From Lachnospiraceae bacterium (GTDB lineage: Bacteria; Bacillota; Clostridia; Lachnospirales; Lachnospiraceae), in contig JAFYCS010000095.1 in the NCBI GenBank assembly GCA_017539565.1, positions 19,009-83,008 on the forward strand: 64,000 bases of DNA. Reading direction: 5' to 3'. Within the stretch, counting starts at the first letter, position 1. Each line of letters begins with the position of its first letter. Made by a program: the position numbers and the translations under genes. Under the pieces are notes generated by a model. That model saw only the letters and a list, made by a program, of their open reading frames with translations, was not told where the DNA came from and made no database searches. Of this stretch, positions 37,007 through 46,700 are shown in pieces.

Positions 37007-39934
37007 TTACTTAACAGTTACACTGATGGTTATTGTTTTACCATCAACCTTAGCGGTAAACTTGGCCTTTCCGGCTTTTCTTGCATGAACCGTACCGTCC
37101 TCATCGACAAATGCGATCTCCGGCTTGTTGCTCTTGAATACTACATCCTGTGTGAGGGTAGTCGCATAAACAAGATCAACATCTGCACCGGCTGTGATCT
37201 CCATATTATACTTATTCGCTTTAGGTGAAGTAAGTCCGGTTGCTTCGATGGTAAGGTCTTCGACAAATACATCTATCTTATAATCAATCTCGTTTGCACT
37301 TGCAGTCAGAGTAGCTATGCCGGCACTTTCTCCGGTAACCTTGCTCTTCTTTACTGAAGCCACTTCAGTGCAGTCACTCTGCCAGTCAAGCTTCTTAACG
37401 CCCTTTACTTTAACATTGATATTTTTCTTGGCACCTTTTGCCAGATGCATGGTATGCTTTATTGCAGTTACATCCTCTTTAACGGTAACATTGCAGTTAT
37501 ATGCAGAACCGTTGATATATGCAGTGATCTTTGCTTTACCTTTGCCTACAGGAGTAACATTACCTTCCTGATCAACAACAGCTACATCGGGAGCTGCACT
37601 GTACCAGAATACATTCAGTTCTGCAGGATTCGTAAGTGTAAGCTTTTCACTCTTAACTTCGTTTGCGCTTACTATGTTCAGTGTATGTTTCTTTTCAAGT
37701 GAAGGCTTGGTGACATTTACGGTGATAGTCCTGTCACCGTTCTTTATGGTAGCCTTGCCTTCCTTTTTAGCCTTGAAAACACCCTTCTTGCTGATGCTTA
37801 CGATCTTTTTGCTGTCCTTATCTGCGGGAGCCCAGTCTTTTCCTATTGTAAACTTCTGTCCTTTTACAAGATTAAGCTCTGTAGCAGTATCAAGATCTGC
37901 GGGTACGGGATCAAGAGCTGAATCTGTTCCTGAAGGAGAAGGTTCAGGCTTGCTGCCTTCTTTGAACTGAGCTATAACGGTTACATCCTTAGCCGGCATA
38001 ACAAATGTTGTTTCTGCGGCATTTGCATTATTGAAGCTTACACTGTTTTCGGGATCGGATACCCACTTATCGAATACCTTGCCTGTCTCAGGTTCATTAG
38101 CGCTTATGGAAATCACTTCGCCTTCATATGCAGTGGTATTTGATGCCATACCGCCCGAGACAGTAACCTTATAAACAGGCCTCTCATCGTCCTTATAATT
38201 TGCAACTACCTTAACATCACCATCCGGCATCTCAAAAGTTGTAGTAGCAGATGTCTCATCTGCAAAATTCACGGTCTTATACTGTACTGCAGGAGTTTCA
38301 CATGTCCACTTATCAAATACCTTACCTCTGGGTGCTTCATCTGCAGTGATTGTTATGGTCTCGCCCTTTTTAACAACTCCCTTATCTGCAGTTCCGTCTA
38401 CTACATAGACATCCCAAAGAGGAATAGCAGACACATAAACAGTCACGTTCCTCGCAGGCATCATAAATGTGGTGGTCTCTGCCTTAGGATCAGCAAATGT
38501 CACACCGCCTTCCATGCAATCCCAATGGTCGAATACCTCGCGGCTGCCCAATTCATCTGCATTTAACGTAACCTCGACAGTTTCACCTGCAACTGCTTTT
38601 TGCTTATCAGCTGTTCCAAATAAAACATTTATCTCATAAAGCTCACCAAGTTTATTTTCATACTCAGCTGTAGCATATACATCATTTGCAGACATCCGGA
38701 ATCTGACAGATGCTTTTGCCTTTTCTGTATCTGACAGATCCATACCGCCAAAAGTCCAATGAGCAAATACTTTTCCTTCTTCTGCAGCATTGGCTTTGAT
38801 CGTTACATAATCACCGGCTCCTACTGCTTTAGTCGTGTCAGTTCCGCTTGTTCCTACTATGCCGTTAGTAACAGACAGATTAAAGGATTTAGTCAGGCTA
38901 AGTGCTTTCTTTTCACTTCCATTGTATATCAGTGTATATCCGGGTACATCGCTTTTAAAAGATTCCGGTGACAGCTTGTATGAGTACTCCTGATAAATAA
39001 CTGTTTTTGTATAATCGAGTTTATCTGAAACAGTATCCGCATTGGCTATACCTATCGGTTGGGTATTAGTCATATTCGCATTCAGACGGATCTTTATATC
39101 CGAATATAAATTGCTGTCCTGTCCATCCTTTGTCTTATTGCCGTTGATCTCAGTGGCTCCTCCGATACTGACATTGCCTGCTTTAACGTCTTTCGAAACA
39201 TAAACACCGGCACCTGCATTCTTATCTGTGATATTTAATTTATTGTTTGTGATCACCGTATCTTTGATATCAACCTTAGTATCAGTTCCGATATAAAGAC
39301 CGGCGCCATAATTTTCGGCAGTATTATCAGTGATCGTACAATTCTTTATCAGCGCAACAGTATTATTCAGATATATACCGGCACCGCTAATGTTGCTCTG
39401 ATTATCTGTTATAGTACAATTTTCTATTTTAACTTTATTTCCGGTGCTTCCGGAATTATCAAATGATAAAGCACTTTTTTTACATCCGGATATTGTAGAA
39501 TTGCTGATCTCAAGTCTTACTGCGCCCGAAGCATAAACAGCATTACTATTGGCACCGTTTAATGTAAGCATACTGAGGTACAAGGTACTTTGCTGATTCA
39601 ACAAATACGCATTTTTTATCGTACCGTTAGTGATATTCAGAACCGCACCTCTGTCAACACCATAACTGGATTTATCATTCATAGTAATGGTATGACCATT
39701 CAGATCAAGGTCTACCCTTTTCATACTACCCATTACCATAAAACTCTTGGTAATGGTAACATCCTTCATCAGCTTGTAGTCTCCGCCGTCAACGGGGAGC
39801 GAATCGGTACTCGTCCATTCCGTGGGATCTGCTGCCGAAACGTTAAAACTCAGTCCTTCAAGGCATGAAAAGATCATGCACAGTGACAGGATGAAGCTAA
39901 GCAAACGTTTCATTGATTTCTTCTGCTTTGTCAT
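37007..39934 (-). CDS. Secreted cell-surface protein with right-handed parallel beta-helix (PbH1) repeats, four Listeria-Bacteroides repeats and C-terminal Big_2 domains
   Basis: 975 aa. Signal peptide; 'NCTITDNQSNISGAGIYLNNTVALIKNCTITDNTAENYGAGLYIG' PbH1 repeats; 'FAHWTFGG', 'FDHWDCMEGG', 'FDKWTCETP', 'FDKWVSDP' Flg_new units; C-terminus near-identical to the 732-aa protein's. Confidence 0.75.
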   Translation of the reverse strand: MTKQKKSMKRLLSFILSLCMIFSCLEGLSFNVSAADPTEWTSTDSLPVDGGDYKLMKDVTITKSFMVMGSMKRVDLDLNGHTITMNDKSSYGVDRGAVLNITNGTIKNAYLLNQQSTLYLSMLTLNGANSNAVYASGAVRLEISNSTISGCKKSALSFDNSGSTGNKVKIENCTITDNQSNISGAGIYLNNTVALIKNCTITDNTAENYGAGLYIGTDTKVDIKDTVITNNKLNITDKNAGAGVYVSKDVKAGNVSIGGATEINGNKTKDGQDSNLYSDIKIRLNANMTNTQPIGIANADTVSDKLDYTKTVIYQEYSYKLSPESFKSDVPGYTLIYNGSEKKALSLTKSFNLSVTNGIVGTSGTDTTKAVGAGDYVTIKANAAEEGKVFAHWTFGGMDLSDTEKAKASVRFRMSANDVYATAEYENKLGELYEINVLFGTADKQKAVAGETVEVTLNADELGSREVFDHWDCMEGGVTFADPKAETTTFMMPARNVTVYVSAIPLWDVYVVDGTADKGVVKKGETITITADEAPRGKVFDKWTCETPAVQYKTVNFADETSATTTFEMPDGDVKVVANYKDDERPVYKVTVSGGMASNTTAYEGEVISISANEPETGKVFDKWVSDPENSVSFNNANAAETTFVMPAKDVTVIAQFKEGSKPEPSPSGTDSALDPVPADLDTATELNLVKGQKFTIGKDWAPADKDSKKIVSISKKGVFKAKKEGKATIKNGDRTITVNVTKPSLEKKHTLNIVSANEVKSEKLTLTNPAELNVFWYSAAPDVAVVDQEGNVTPVGKGKAKITAYINGSAYNCNVTVKEDVTAIKHTMHLAKGAKKNINVKVKGVKKLDWQSDCTEVASVKKSKVTGESAGIATLTASANEIDYKIDVFVEDLTIEATGLTSPKANKYNMEITAGADVDLVYATTLTQDVVFKSNKPEIAFVDEDGTVHARKAGKAKFTAKVDGKTITISVTVK

Positions 39935-40014
39935 TTTTATTTCTTTCCTCCTTTATTTTTTAGGGAATCTCCCCGATTTTCGTGAGCAATTATATCACCA
40001 TGTTTTTAATCTTT

Positions 40015-40037
40015 ACTACCGCCATTTGGGGGTAATT
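40015..40037 (-). promoter_or_regulatory. Motif R (cTACCGCCATTTGGGGGTAatt), copy 1; lies 21 nt upstream of an extended -10 (TGaTATAAT) for the beta-helix surface-protein gene
   Basis: A 19-nt identical match to 43737-43757; both copies are about 20-21 nt upstream of a TATA(A/T)T hexamer on the minus strand. Confidence 0.45.
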
Positions 40038-40047
40038 TCGAAAAAAT

Positions 40048-40671
40048 CTACTCGCTTATCGCCAGCCCGAAATGTCTGGCTTTTACCGCCAGTTCCAGGC
40101 GGCTGTGAAATCCTGTTTTGGAGAGCATATTTGATATGTGCATCTTGACCGTAGAAGCGTCGATACACAGTTTTTCGCCTATCTCCTTATTGGATGCACC
40201 GGATACCAGTTCACGGAGTATCTCTATTTCCCTTTCGGTAAACTCAGTACTGTTGGTATTACCGATGTTTACCTGCACCTGCTCGGTGGGATATACCTGT
40301 TCCCCAGCCATTACACGCTTCATTATCTCCTGTATCGGCTGTTCCTGTACCTCCTTCTGCCAGAAGCCTTCGGCTCCTATCTCCCTAGCCCGCTTTTCAT
40401 AGGTTAGTTCAGGCATGGATGTGACGATGATGATCTTAGTCCCCGGCTTCTTCTCTTTAATAATGGCTGCTGCTTCCAGGCCGCTCATACTGCCCGGTAT
40501 CAACACATCCATCAGTACCAGATCCACATCGTTTTTCTCCAGATATTTTACCGCCTGAGCTGCAGTGGGGAAGGATGCTTCCAGTTCAAATCCTTCAGCC
40601 TGCTGCACCGCATTCTCGAAAATCTCGCGTATCATGCGGAAGTCTTCGGCGATCACTACTTTATATGACAT
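40048..40671 (-). CDS. LuxR/NarL-family response regulator (REC + LuxR HTH)
   Basis: 'MSYKVVIAEDF...LVLMDVLIP', C-terminal 'LTEREIEILRELVSGASNKEIGEKLCIDASTVKMHISNMLSK'. Start taken at the internal ATG 40671, since the upstream ATGAGGAGG is its RBS; the ORF track extends to 40689. Confidence 0.9.
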   Translation of the reverse strand: MSYKVVIAEDFRMIREIFENAVQQAEGFELEASFPTAAQAVKYLEKNDVDLVLMDVLIPGSMSGLEAAAIIKEKKPGTKIIIVTSMPELTYEKRAREIGAEGFWQKEVQEQPIQEIMKRVMAGEQVYPTEQVQVNIGNTNSTEFTEREIEILRELVSGASNKEIGEKLCIDASTVKMHISNMLSKTGFHSRLELAVKARHFGLAISE

Positions 40672-40772
40672 TGTTACTCTCCTCCTCAAAAAACTTAGTT
40701 CTGTGGATAATGGTAAAGATCCCCAAGTAGGAAAGTTCGGCTACGAAAATCGTGGATTTTCTGCCTCACTTT

Positions 40773-40823
40773 TTCGCTTCGCTCAGGATGACACGTCCGG
40801 TATCGCTCTCTTAGGATGACACG
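40773..40823 (-). promoter_or_regulatory. Motif M (TTCGCTTCRCTCAGGATGACAYG plus a second partial direct copy), copy 1; between the kinase and the regulator genes, second copy overlaps the kinase stop codon
   Basis: 21/23 identical to 50299-50321 upstream of the giant surface-protein gene; in both places followed by a second '(C/T)T(C/T)AGGAT(G/A)' unit. Confidence 0.45.
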
Positions 40824-42058
40824 CCGGGTAACGTGATCCTCATCTCAAACTCCGGCGCGGATATTATCTCCATCTTTCCGCCCACACTCTCTACCTGGGA
40901 GCGGAGGTTCTTAAGTCCGCCCTTTTCTTTTATTTCCTCTTCCGGCTGACGGCCGTTATTTGTAAAGCTTATAACATATCCTTCTGCTTTTTTCTTAACA
41001 GCGACTGTAGCCTCAGTGCCATCGGCATGTTTGAGCGTATTTCCGATATGAACTGATATGGCAGCATCCACTACAGGTATCAGCCTGCTCTCGGAAGGCA
41101 GCTCACCTATGATATTCAGGCTGATCCCCAGCCTGTCCGCCTCTTTGGAAATAACATAGTAGGGTAATTCCCATTCCTCCGGCTCATCGTTCGTCAGATG
41201 ATGTATATTATCTCTCCAGAAATCCAGCATCCGCTGTTTATCAATACTTTCGGGAGAATATAAATATCTCTTTGCTATCAGTATGCACTGTCCGATATTA
41301 TCATGAAGCGAAGTCTTAAGATTCAGAAGTTCACGGTTCATGGTCACATATTCAATAGTTCCCATAAGGGTCTTAAGACGTATATTCAATCCCCTTGCCC
41401 TTTCCTGACTGACGGCCAGTTCACGGCTCAACTTGTATTCATCGCTGATATCCACTGCAGTCAGCTCGTATACGTCCACATTTTTAATATGGAGCAGGTT
41501 TCTGCTGAAGCTGTATGCTTTTCCTTCGCTGCTCTCTACTATCGCCTTGTCATCCGAGATCTCATCCTCCCTGCAGCTTCGTTTTATCTCCTCCCAGTAA
41601 GCTTCTGCGTTATAAACCCATTTCCCGAACAGATCATGACTTATCCCCTGCATGGTTTCATTGATCATGATAGGCACCCCGCCGCGGGAATAATACATCA
41701 GCCCGGCCGGCAGCATGTCAAAAGCCTCTTTGATGGACATAGCCGAAAGATTCTCCCTGCGCCAGCGTGTGATATTATATACCTGAAAGATTGCATATAT
41801 CAGCAAAAGTATGATAGCCGGCCACAATACAATAAGCGGCAGGCCCGAATCCGGAATGAAGTCTTTCTGCTGTATCATTGTCATAAGCTGCAGAAAAACA
41901 AAACAGATGGCGGTCATAACAACAGTAAATACAAGATCCCATTTATACTTTTTTAAATGGATCATTCTTATGATGCAGTATATATATATCAGCTGTATTG
42001 CCGTGATCAATACCAGCATGAAGCCTCTGGCTGTTACGGAGATCATTGTGTAATTCAT
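40811..42058 (-). CDS. Sensor histidine kinase, HisKA_3 type (membrane N-terminus + HATPase_c)
   Basis: 415 aa. H-box 'KTSLHDNIGQCILIAKRYL'; 'HIGNTLKHADGTEATVAV', 'GGLKNLRSQVESVGG'. Confidence 0.85.
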   Translation of the reverse strand: MNYTMISVTARGFMLVLITAIQLIYIYCIIRMIHLKKYKWDLVFTVVMTAICFVFLQLMTMIQQKDFIPDSGLPLIVLWPAIILLLIYAIFQVYNITRWRRENLSAMSIKEAFDMLPAGLMYYSRGGVPIMINETMQGISHDLFGKWVYNAEAYWEEIKRSCREDEISDDKAIVESSEGKAYSFSRNLLHIKNVDVYELTAVDISDEYKLSRELAVSQERARGLNIRLKTLMGTIEYVTMNRELLNLKTSLHDNIGQCILIAKRYLYSPESIDKQRMLDFWRDNIHHLTNDEPEEWELPYYVISKEADRLGISLNIIGELPSESRLIPVVDAAISVHIGNTLKHADGTEATVAVKKKAEGYVISFTNNGRQPEEEIKEKGGLKNLRSQVESVGGKMEIISAPEFEMRITLPGVSS

Positions 42059-43686
42059 ACGGCCTCCTCCAGCATGATATAATAAGTATCGTCCTCATAC
42101 CTTGATGACAGTTTTCCTCCGGCTTCCTTTATCTGCTTGTCCTTCCATACGGAAGATATCGAATCGGGACGTGCATCCATCGCAATACTGAGCTTTAATC
42201 CCTCTGTACAATCCAGTATGACCTGACAGGAATTAAGACGTGACCACGCATCCTCAAAAACCGCCTCCAGCAGCTCATACGCCAGCAGCCCCAGATCCGA
42301 TGATATCTTCGCCTGTCCTTTCTTTTGCATATCACAGACACAGCCCTTCAGTGCCAGATAATCAAGCGATTCATTTATCGCAAGAGCCAGTTCTTCGGGA
42401 TCAAGCTGCTGACTGTTTTCCGTAATAAGCATCAGATTTCCCATACGCTTTATATACGCTCCCAGGACCGCAGCATATACCAGTTCTTCTTTAAAAGTCT
42501 GCGGATCCTCCGATACCTTATCCAGCAGCTCATCAAGTTTAAGCGCCTGAAGCCGTACAGCCGCCGCTATCCTGTTATATAAACGGTTTCTGGTTTCATA
42601 GCCCACGCGCTCGGCACGTACTTCATTTTCCTGTCGTATCAGATCATTCTCTGCTTCAAGTTCCTCCGTAACTTCCTCAAGTTCGGCATTAAGCCGCCTT
42701 ATAGTACCTATATCCTCGGCCCAGCTTATACTGCCTCCGGTGACTTCTTCACTGCATATCCTGTGGTCTTCATCAGCTTCATCCTTCCAGCCCTTTGATG
42801 AAAGAACCGGGGCATGGGTTTTATCAAAAATACATGCATTGATCGTAGAATAATCAAAAAGAGCGGAATAACCCGAATTGGCTGCCAGTATCCCTGTCTG
42901 GATTACACCCTCTATAGCCGTTATGAACGGTATGCAATACGCCTCCTGAAGATGAAAAAGCTTGGAGCCGCCTATCCTGGGAGACCCTCCGTAAACTGTA
43001 TACCAGACGAGCATTATAAGCCCGACGGCTATAAAAGCTGCAGGGATGTACCAGTATTTCTTTGCTGCAGATAACGAACACTTCCTCATAAGCATAACAA
43101 ACGTGCCCAGTCCGAATATCACCATCCATGCCAGGATCACGAAATAAAACCATCCGTGGGTATAATCTTTATCCGGATGAACCTTGATCTTAAACACCAT
43201 ACCGTGCAGACCGTTCGTCATTACTACGATACTGATCAGGATCTCTGCTATGAGCATCACCTTTTCCGCTATTTCCACTCTTTTTAACTCCCTGACGGGT
43301 TCAACACGGAGCGCAGCCATAAACATAAACAGCGGGATCGCTGTCATAGGTATATAATAGGAATACCATACTGCTTCTTCAACAGGTATCACATCCGGAA
43401 AAAATGAGTGCTTCCACATCCGCAGGAAAAATAACAGCAGCATAAATATACATGATGTAATGATACGGTGCCGCACTTTCTCATCAAGTATCCTTCGCTT
43501 GATCGAAAGCCCCCATACTATCACCAGTATGCAATAACAGTATGTCGACATATTGTGGGGTTTTAAATGCTCAACAGGCATCATACAGAATAATATCCCC
43601 AAAATATGCAGTATTACGCATGTAATTATTATTCTTTTATCCGCAAATCTGAACCGTTCCAAATCTTTCTCCCGAAAAAATATCAC
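42055..43686 (-). CDS. Polytopic membrane sensor-like protein with degenerate kinase-like C-terminus (no H-box; putative accessory sensor / pseudo-kinase)
   Basis: 543 aa. About 7 TM, then a coiled-coil 'LEEVTEELEAENDLIRQENEVRAER' and a C-terminal region with only vestigial N/G-box-like segments. 4-nt overlap with the kinase. The annotated GTG start lies inside a hairpin, so the true start may be downstream. Confidence 0.45.
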   Translation of the reverse strand: MIFFREKDLERFRFADKRIIITCVILHILGILFCMMPVEHLKPHNMSTYCYCILVIVWGLSIKRRILDEKVRHRIITSCIFMLLLFFLRMWKHSFFPDVIPVEEAVWYSYYIPMTAIPLFMFMAALRVEPVRELKRVEIAEKVMLIAEILISIVVMTNGLHGMVFKIKVHPDKDYTHGWFYFVILAWMVIFGLGTFVMLMRKCSLSAAKKYWYIPAAFIAVGLIMLVWYTVYGGSPRIGGSKLFHLQEAYCIPFITAIEGVIQTGILAANSGYSALFDYSTINACIFDKTHAPVLSSKGWKDEADEDHRICSEEVTGGSISWAEDIGTIRRLNAELEEVTEELEAENDLIRQENEVRAERVGYETRNRLYNRIAAAVRLQALKLDELLDKVSEDPQTFKEELVYAAVLGAYIKRMGNLMLITENSQQLDPEELALAINESLDYLALKGCVCDMQKKGQAKISSDLGLLAYELLEAVFEDAWSRLNSCQVILDCTEGLKLSIAMDARPDSISSVWKDKQIKEAGGKLSSRYEDDTYYIMLEEAV

Positions 43687-43718
43687 AGGATACCTTTCGA
43701 TATCCTGTGATAAATATA
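43681..43718 (-). terminator. Perfect 12-bp inverted repeat TATCACAGGATA-N8-TATCCTGTGATA followed on the minus strand by TTTTTT; terminator/attenuator-like hairpin (or operator) in the leader of the sensor operon
   Basis: Seen in the sequence. Lies immediately downstream of a TATATT -10-like hexamer and overlaps the annotated start codon of the 543-aa ORF. Confidence 0.4.
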
Positions 43719-43736
43719 AAACATTTTGGCCTCTTC

Positions 43737-43757
43737 GGCTACCGCCATTTGGGGGTA
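43737..43757 (-). promoter_or_regulatory. Motif R, copy 2; 3 nt downstream of the giant gene's stop, 20 nt upstream of a TATATT hexamer, 50 nt upstream of the sensor ORF
   Basis: 19/19 identity with 40016-40034. Confidence 0.45.
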
Positions 43758-43759
43758 TT

Positions 43760-46700
43760 TTATTTCTTCTTAACCTTTATGGTCACATTCTTGGTAACAC
43801 CGCCTGGATATGTAAGTTTTACCTTAACACTTCCGCTCTTGGCATCCATGCTCTTGATATTGATCTCTGTCATATCAGCCGCATTCTTTTCTGCGATCGC
43901 CTTCTTCTGGCTGACTATTTCTACAGAAACGGGTGCTATCAGGTGGTACTTACCGGATCCGTCTTTATAAGTGCTTATTATGTTGACGCTGCCCTTTACC
44001 TCTCCGGCTGCAGCTGCACTAATATTAACCACACTTGCTTTTACCTTTGGTGTGCTCTTCTTTGCCTTAACATTCTTTAATGTCACGCTGACAGGATCTG
44101 CCACACCGTCAAGCTCGAGCTTAAGTGCGATATCACCCATCTTAAGATTCTTGGCATTAAGTGCACTGCCGGTATATTCGATCTCGATGTTACCACCATC
44201 ATTAAGCTCCGCGGTGATATCAGCGGTAGTGCTTGATACATCCAGGATCTCCATACCTGCATCCTTAAATACGGGTACAACTACCATCTTCTGTCCCGTA
44301 ACAACATCATACTTGCTCTGGATCTTCATTGTTATGGCATCGGAAAGAGTTTTTGCACTTATCTTAACCTTAACTTTTGCCTTAGCTTTGCCTTTCGCAA
44401 GTGTAACCGTATAATTACCGGCCTTGGGTGCTGTTGCGGGAAGTGATATCTCCAGCTTGCCTGCTGCATTTACGGATGCGATACCCGGTGCCTTGCAGCT
44501 GATCTCAATATTATCAGCGGGAGTAACATCTTTACCGTTAAGCATAAGATCAAAGGTATATTTCTGATCTGCAGAATTCGTGTTGAGGACAACAGTCTTT
44601 AAGCTGCCCATATCAACACTCAGTACATCATTGCTTACCGCCTTTACCTTAAACTTGAGCTCTACAGCGCTTTCCCACTCTTCTTCCTTCACGCTGAGCT
44701 TAATACCGCTCATAGCAGCAGAAGCAACGAAGCTTATATTACCATCCATATCTCCGCTCACGTCCATACTGCCATACTTAACTTCAGCCGCGCTCAGATC
44801 ATAAGGCTCAAAGTTACCGCCCTTGGTCTTATACAGAAGCTGTGTCTTTATCACTGTTGCCGCTCCGTTCTTTATTGTTGCGGAAGTACTGCTAAGCTTA
44901 AATGCCGGCTTTACATACTGTACGGGCATAACATATTCAACCGTCTCCCCGCTGGCAAGCCTGAACTCAAGTACTGTATTTGCGGGCTTTGCAGCGGTCT
45001 TGCGGTTAACACCGGCCTTCAGCTCAACATCTATGGTATTACCGTTAAGTGTTGCATTATAGAATTTAGCAGATTTTACATTAGTGTTCGGTATCTCTGC
45101 CCCGGCGCTTATCGCGTAGATATCAAAGGTTCTGTCGGTCTCTTCAAAGAGATTCCATACATCTGCATCTTCATCGGGACCCGGAATAATACTGTCTTTT
45201 ACTACTATATTCTGGGATGCTGTCTTTGTGATACCGCCCTCTGTGTAGCTTACTATGATAACAGTGTTTCCGGAAACCAGTGCTCCGGTCGGTGTATATG
45301 TATAGTCTTCCACTATCCTGTTATCTTTGCTGTCAGCGTAATTTGCACTTACCACCATACCTGCAGGATCAAAGCTCTCACCCACTAAATAAACCGTCTT
45401 ATCAGGAGCCTTATTAATTGAGATACTTACCAGTTCGGAAGGTGCATTATCGGTCCACTTTGCATAAAGAGTGATATTTTCCGTAACAGGTGTACTGAAA
45501 TCATACTCGTTAATGTATTCTTTTTCCGTAAACCAGCCTCTGAATGTGAATCCTGTCTCTGTGGGATCAGCGGGCTTTACAGCGGTATTACCGCTGACAA
45601 TTATCTGTGTAAGAACAGCTGTGCCATGATCGCACATATTGAAGCTTACGGTGTATTTAACACCCTTCTGCTCGATGGTAACACTCTGGGCAGGTGCATC
45701 AGTTTCATCAACTATACTCTTTCCGTCAGCGCTTATCTTACCGCCTTCGGGCTCACTAACCTCAAAATCAGCAGGAATAGTGATGCTTCCGGCCACTTCT
45801 ATTGCTTTTCCCGTAGCAGATCTTGCTTTTAAAACGCCACCGTTGATCACCAGATCCTTTGCAGAAATGGCACCATAGCCGGCAGTACCTGTCTTTTCGA
45901 CATTAACGCTTCCGGCTTCAAGTATTATCTTAGAGTCAAGAGCTGTCTGCACAGTTGCTTCACTTGATACACCTGACTTTGCAACAACACTTCCGCTAAT
46001 GCTTATATCGCCTTCAGTCCTTATTGCAGAGGTCTTGGCCGAAACATTCAGATCGCCCTTTACATTTACACCATAACCAAGTACATGTATGCCGTAATCA
46101 GCTTCTTCGTTCTCAAGACTTGCCTTACCGGTTATCGTTATGTTTTCAGTTGCGTAGATCTGTGATCCATCCGTACTCAGACCGGTTACTCCTGTTACAT
46201 CACCTGTAAAGATAAGCGTCTTGCTCACAGGATCGTAGCTTGCCTTACCGCCACCGACTATACCGGGAATTTTTTCCTGGTTCTCATCGGTAACCTGTGT
46301 AGAACCTACCCATACGTTGTATTTGGTGGGTGCACTCAGTACAACTTTATTAGCCACAGTATCATCATTATTTACTATAGTCTTCTTATCATCGCTGATC
46401 TTACCACCAACAGGATCAACTATATCAACGTCATCAGACAGATCAATATCTTTAGATGATTTTATAGCACTATCAGCTGTTTTAGCTTTATTCCATGCGG
46501 TCAGCCTGCCTCCTGTCATCTTGAATTCATCTGCTTCTATAGCTGTACTACCGGCTTCCACATTTACCTGACCACCACTTATCTCAAATTTACCGGCAGG
46601 ACAGTATATGCCTTTGTTTTTTTCAGTCACAACATTAAGTATTCCGCCTTCTATTTTCACACCATAACCGGTTGAATTGTGTATAGGCGCAGAGTACTCT

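Noticed and set aside
36790-37140. Possible inverted DNA repeat formed by the near-identical C-termini of the two convergent surface-protein genes (candidate invertible segment)
   Set aside because: The similarity is at the protein level only. The two coding sequences have diverged at synonymous positions (roughly two-thirds nucleotide identity by eye), so no long perfect inverted repeats exist that would support site-specific or homologous inversion.
40690-40810. Considered that the 121-bp gap between the kinase and regulator genes might hide a small ORF or an insertion-element remnant
   Set aside because: No ORF with RBS is present. The region is better explained as an internal promoter carrying motif M, whose twin lies upstream of the giant gene.
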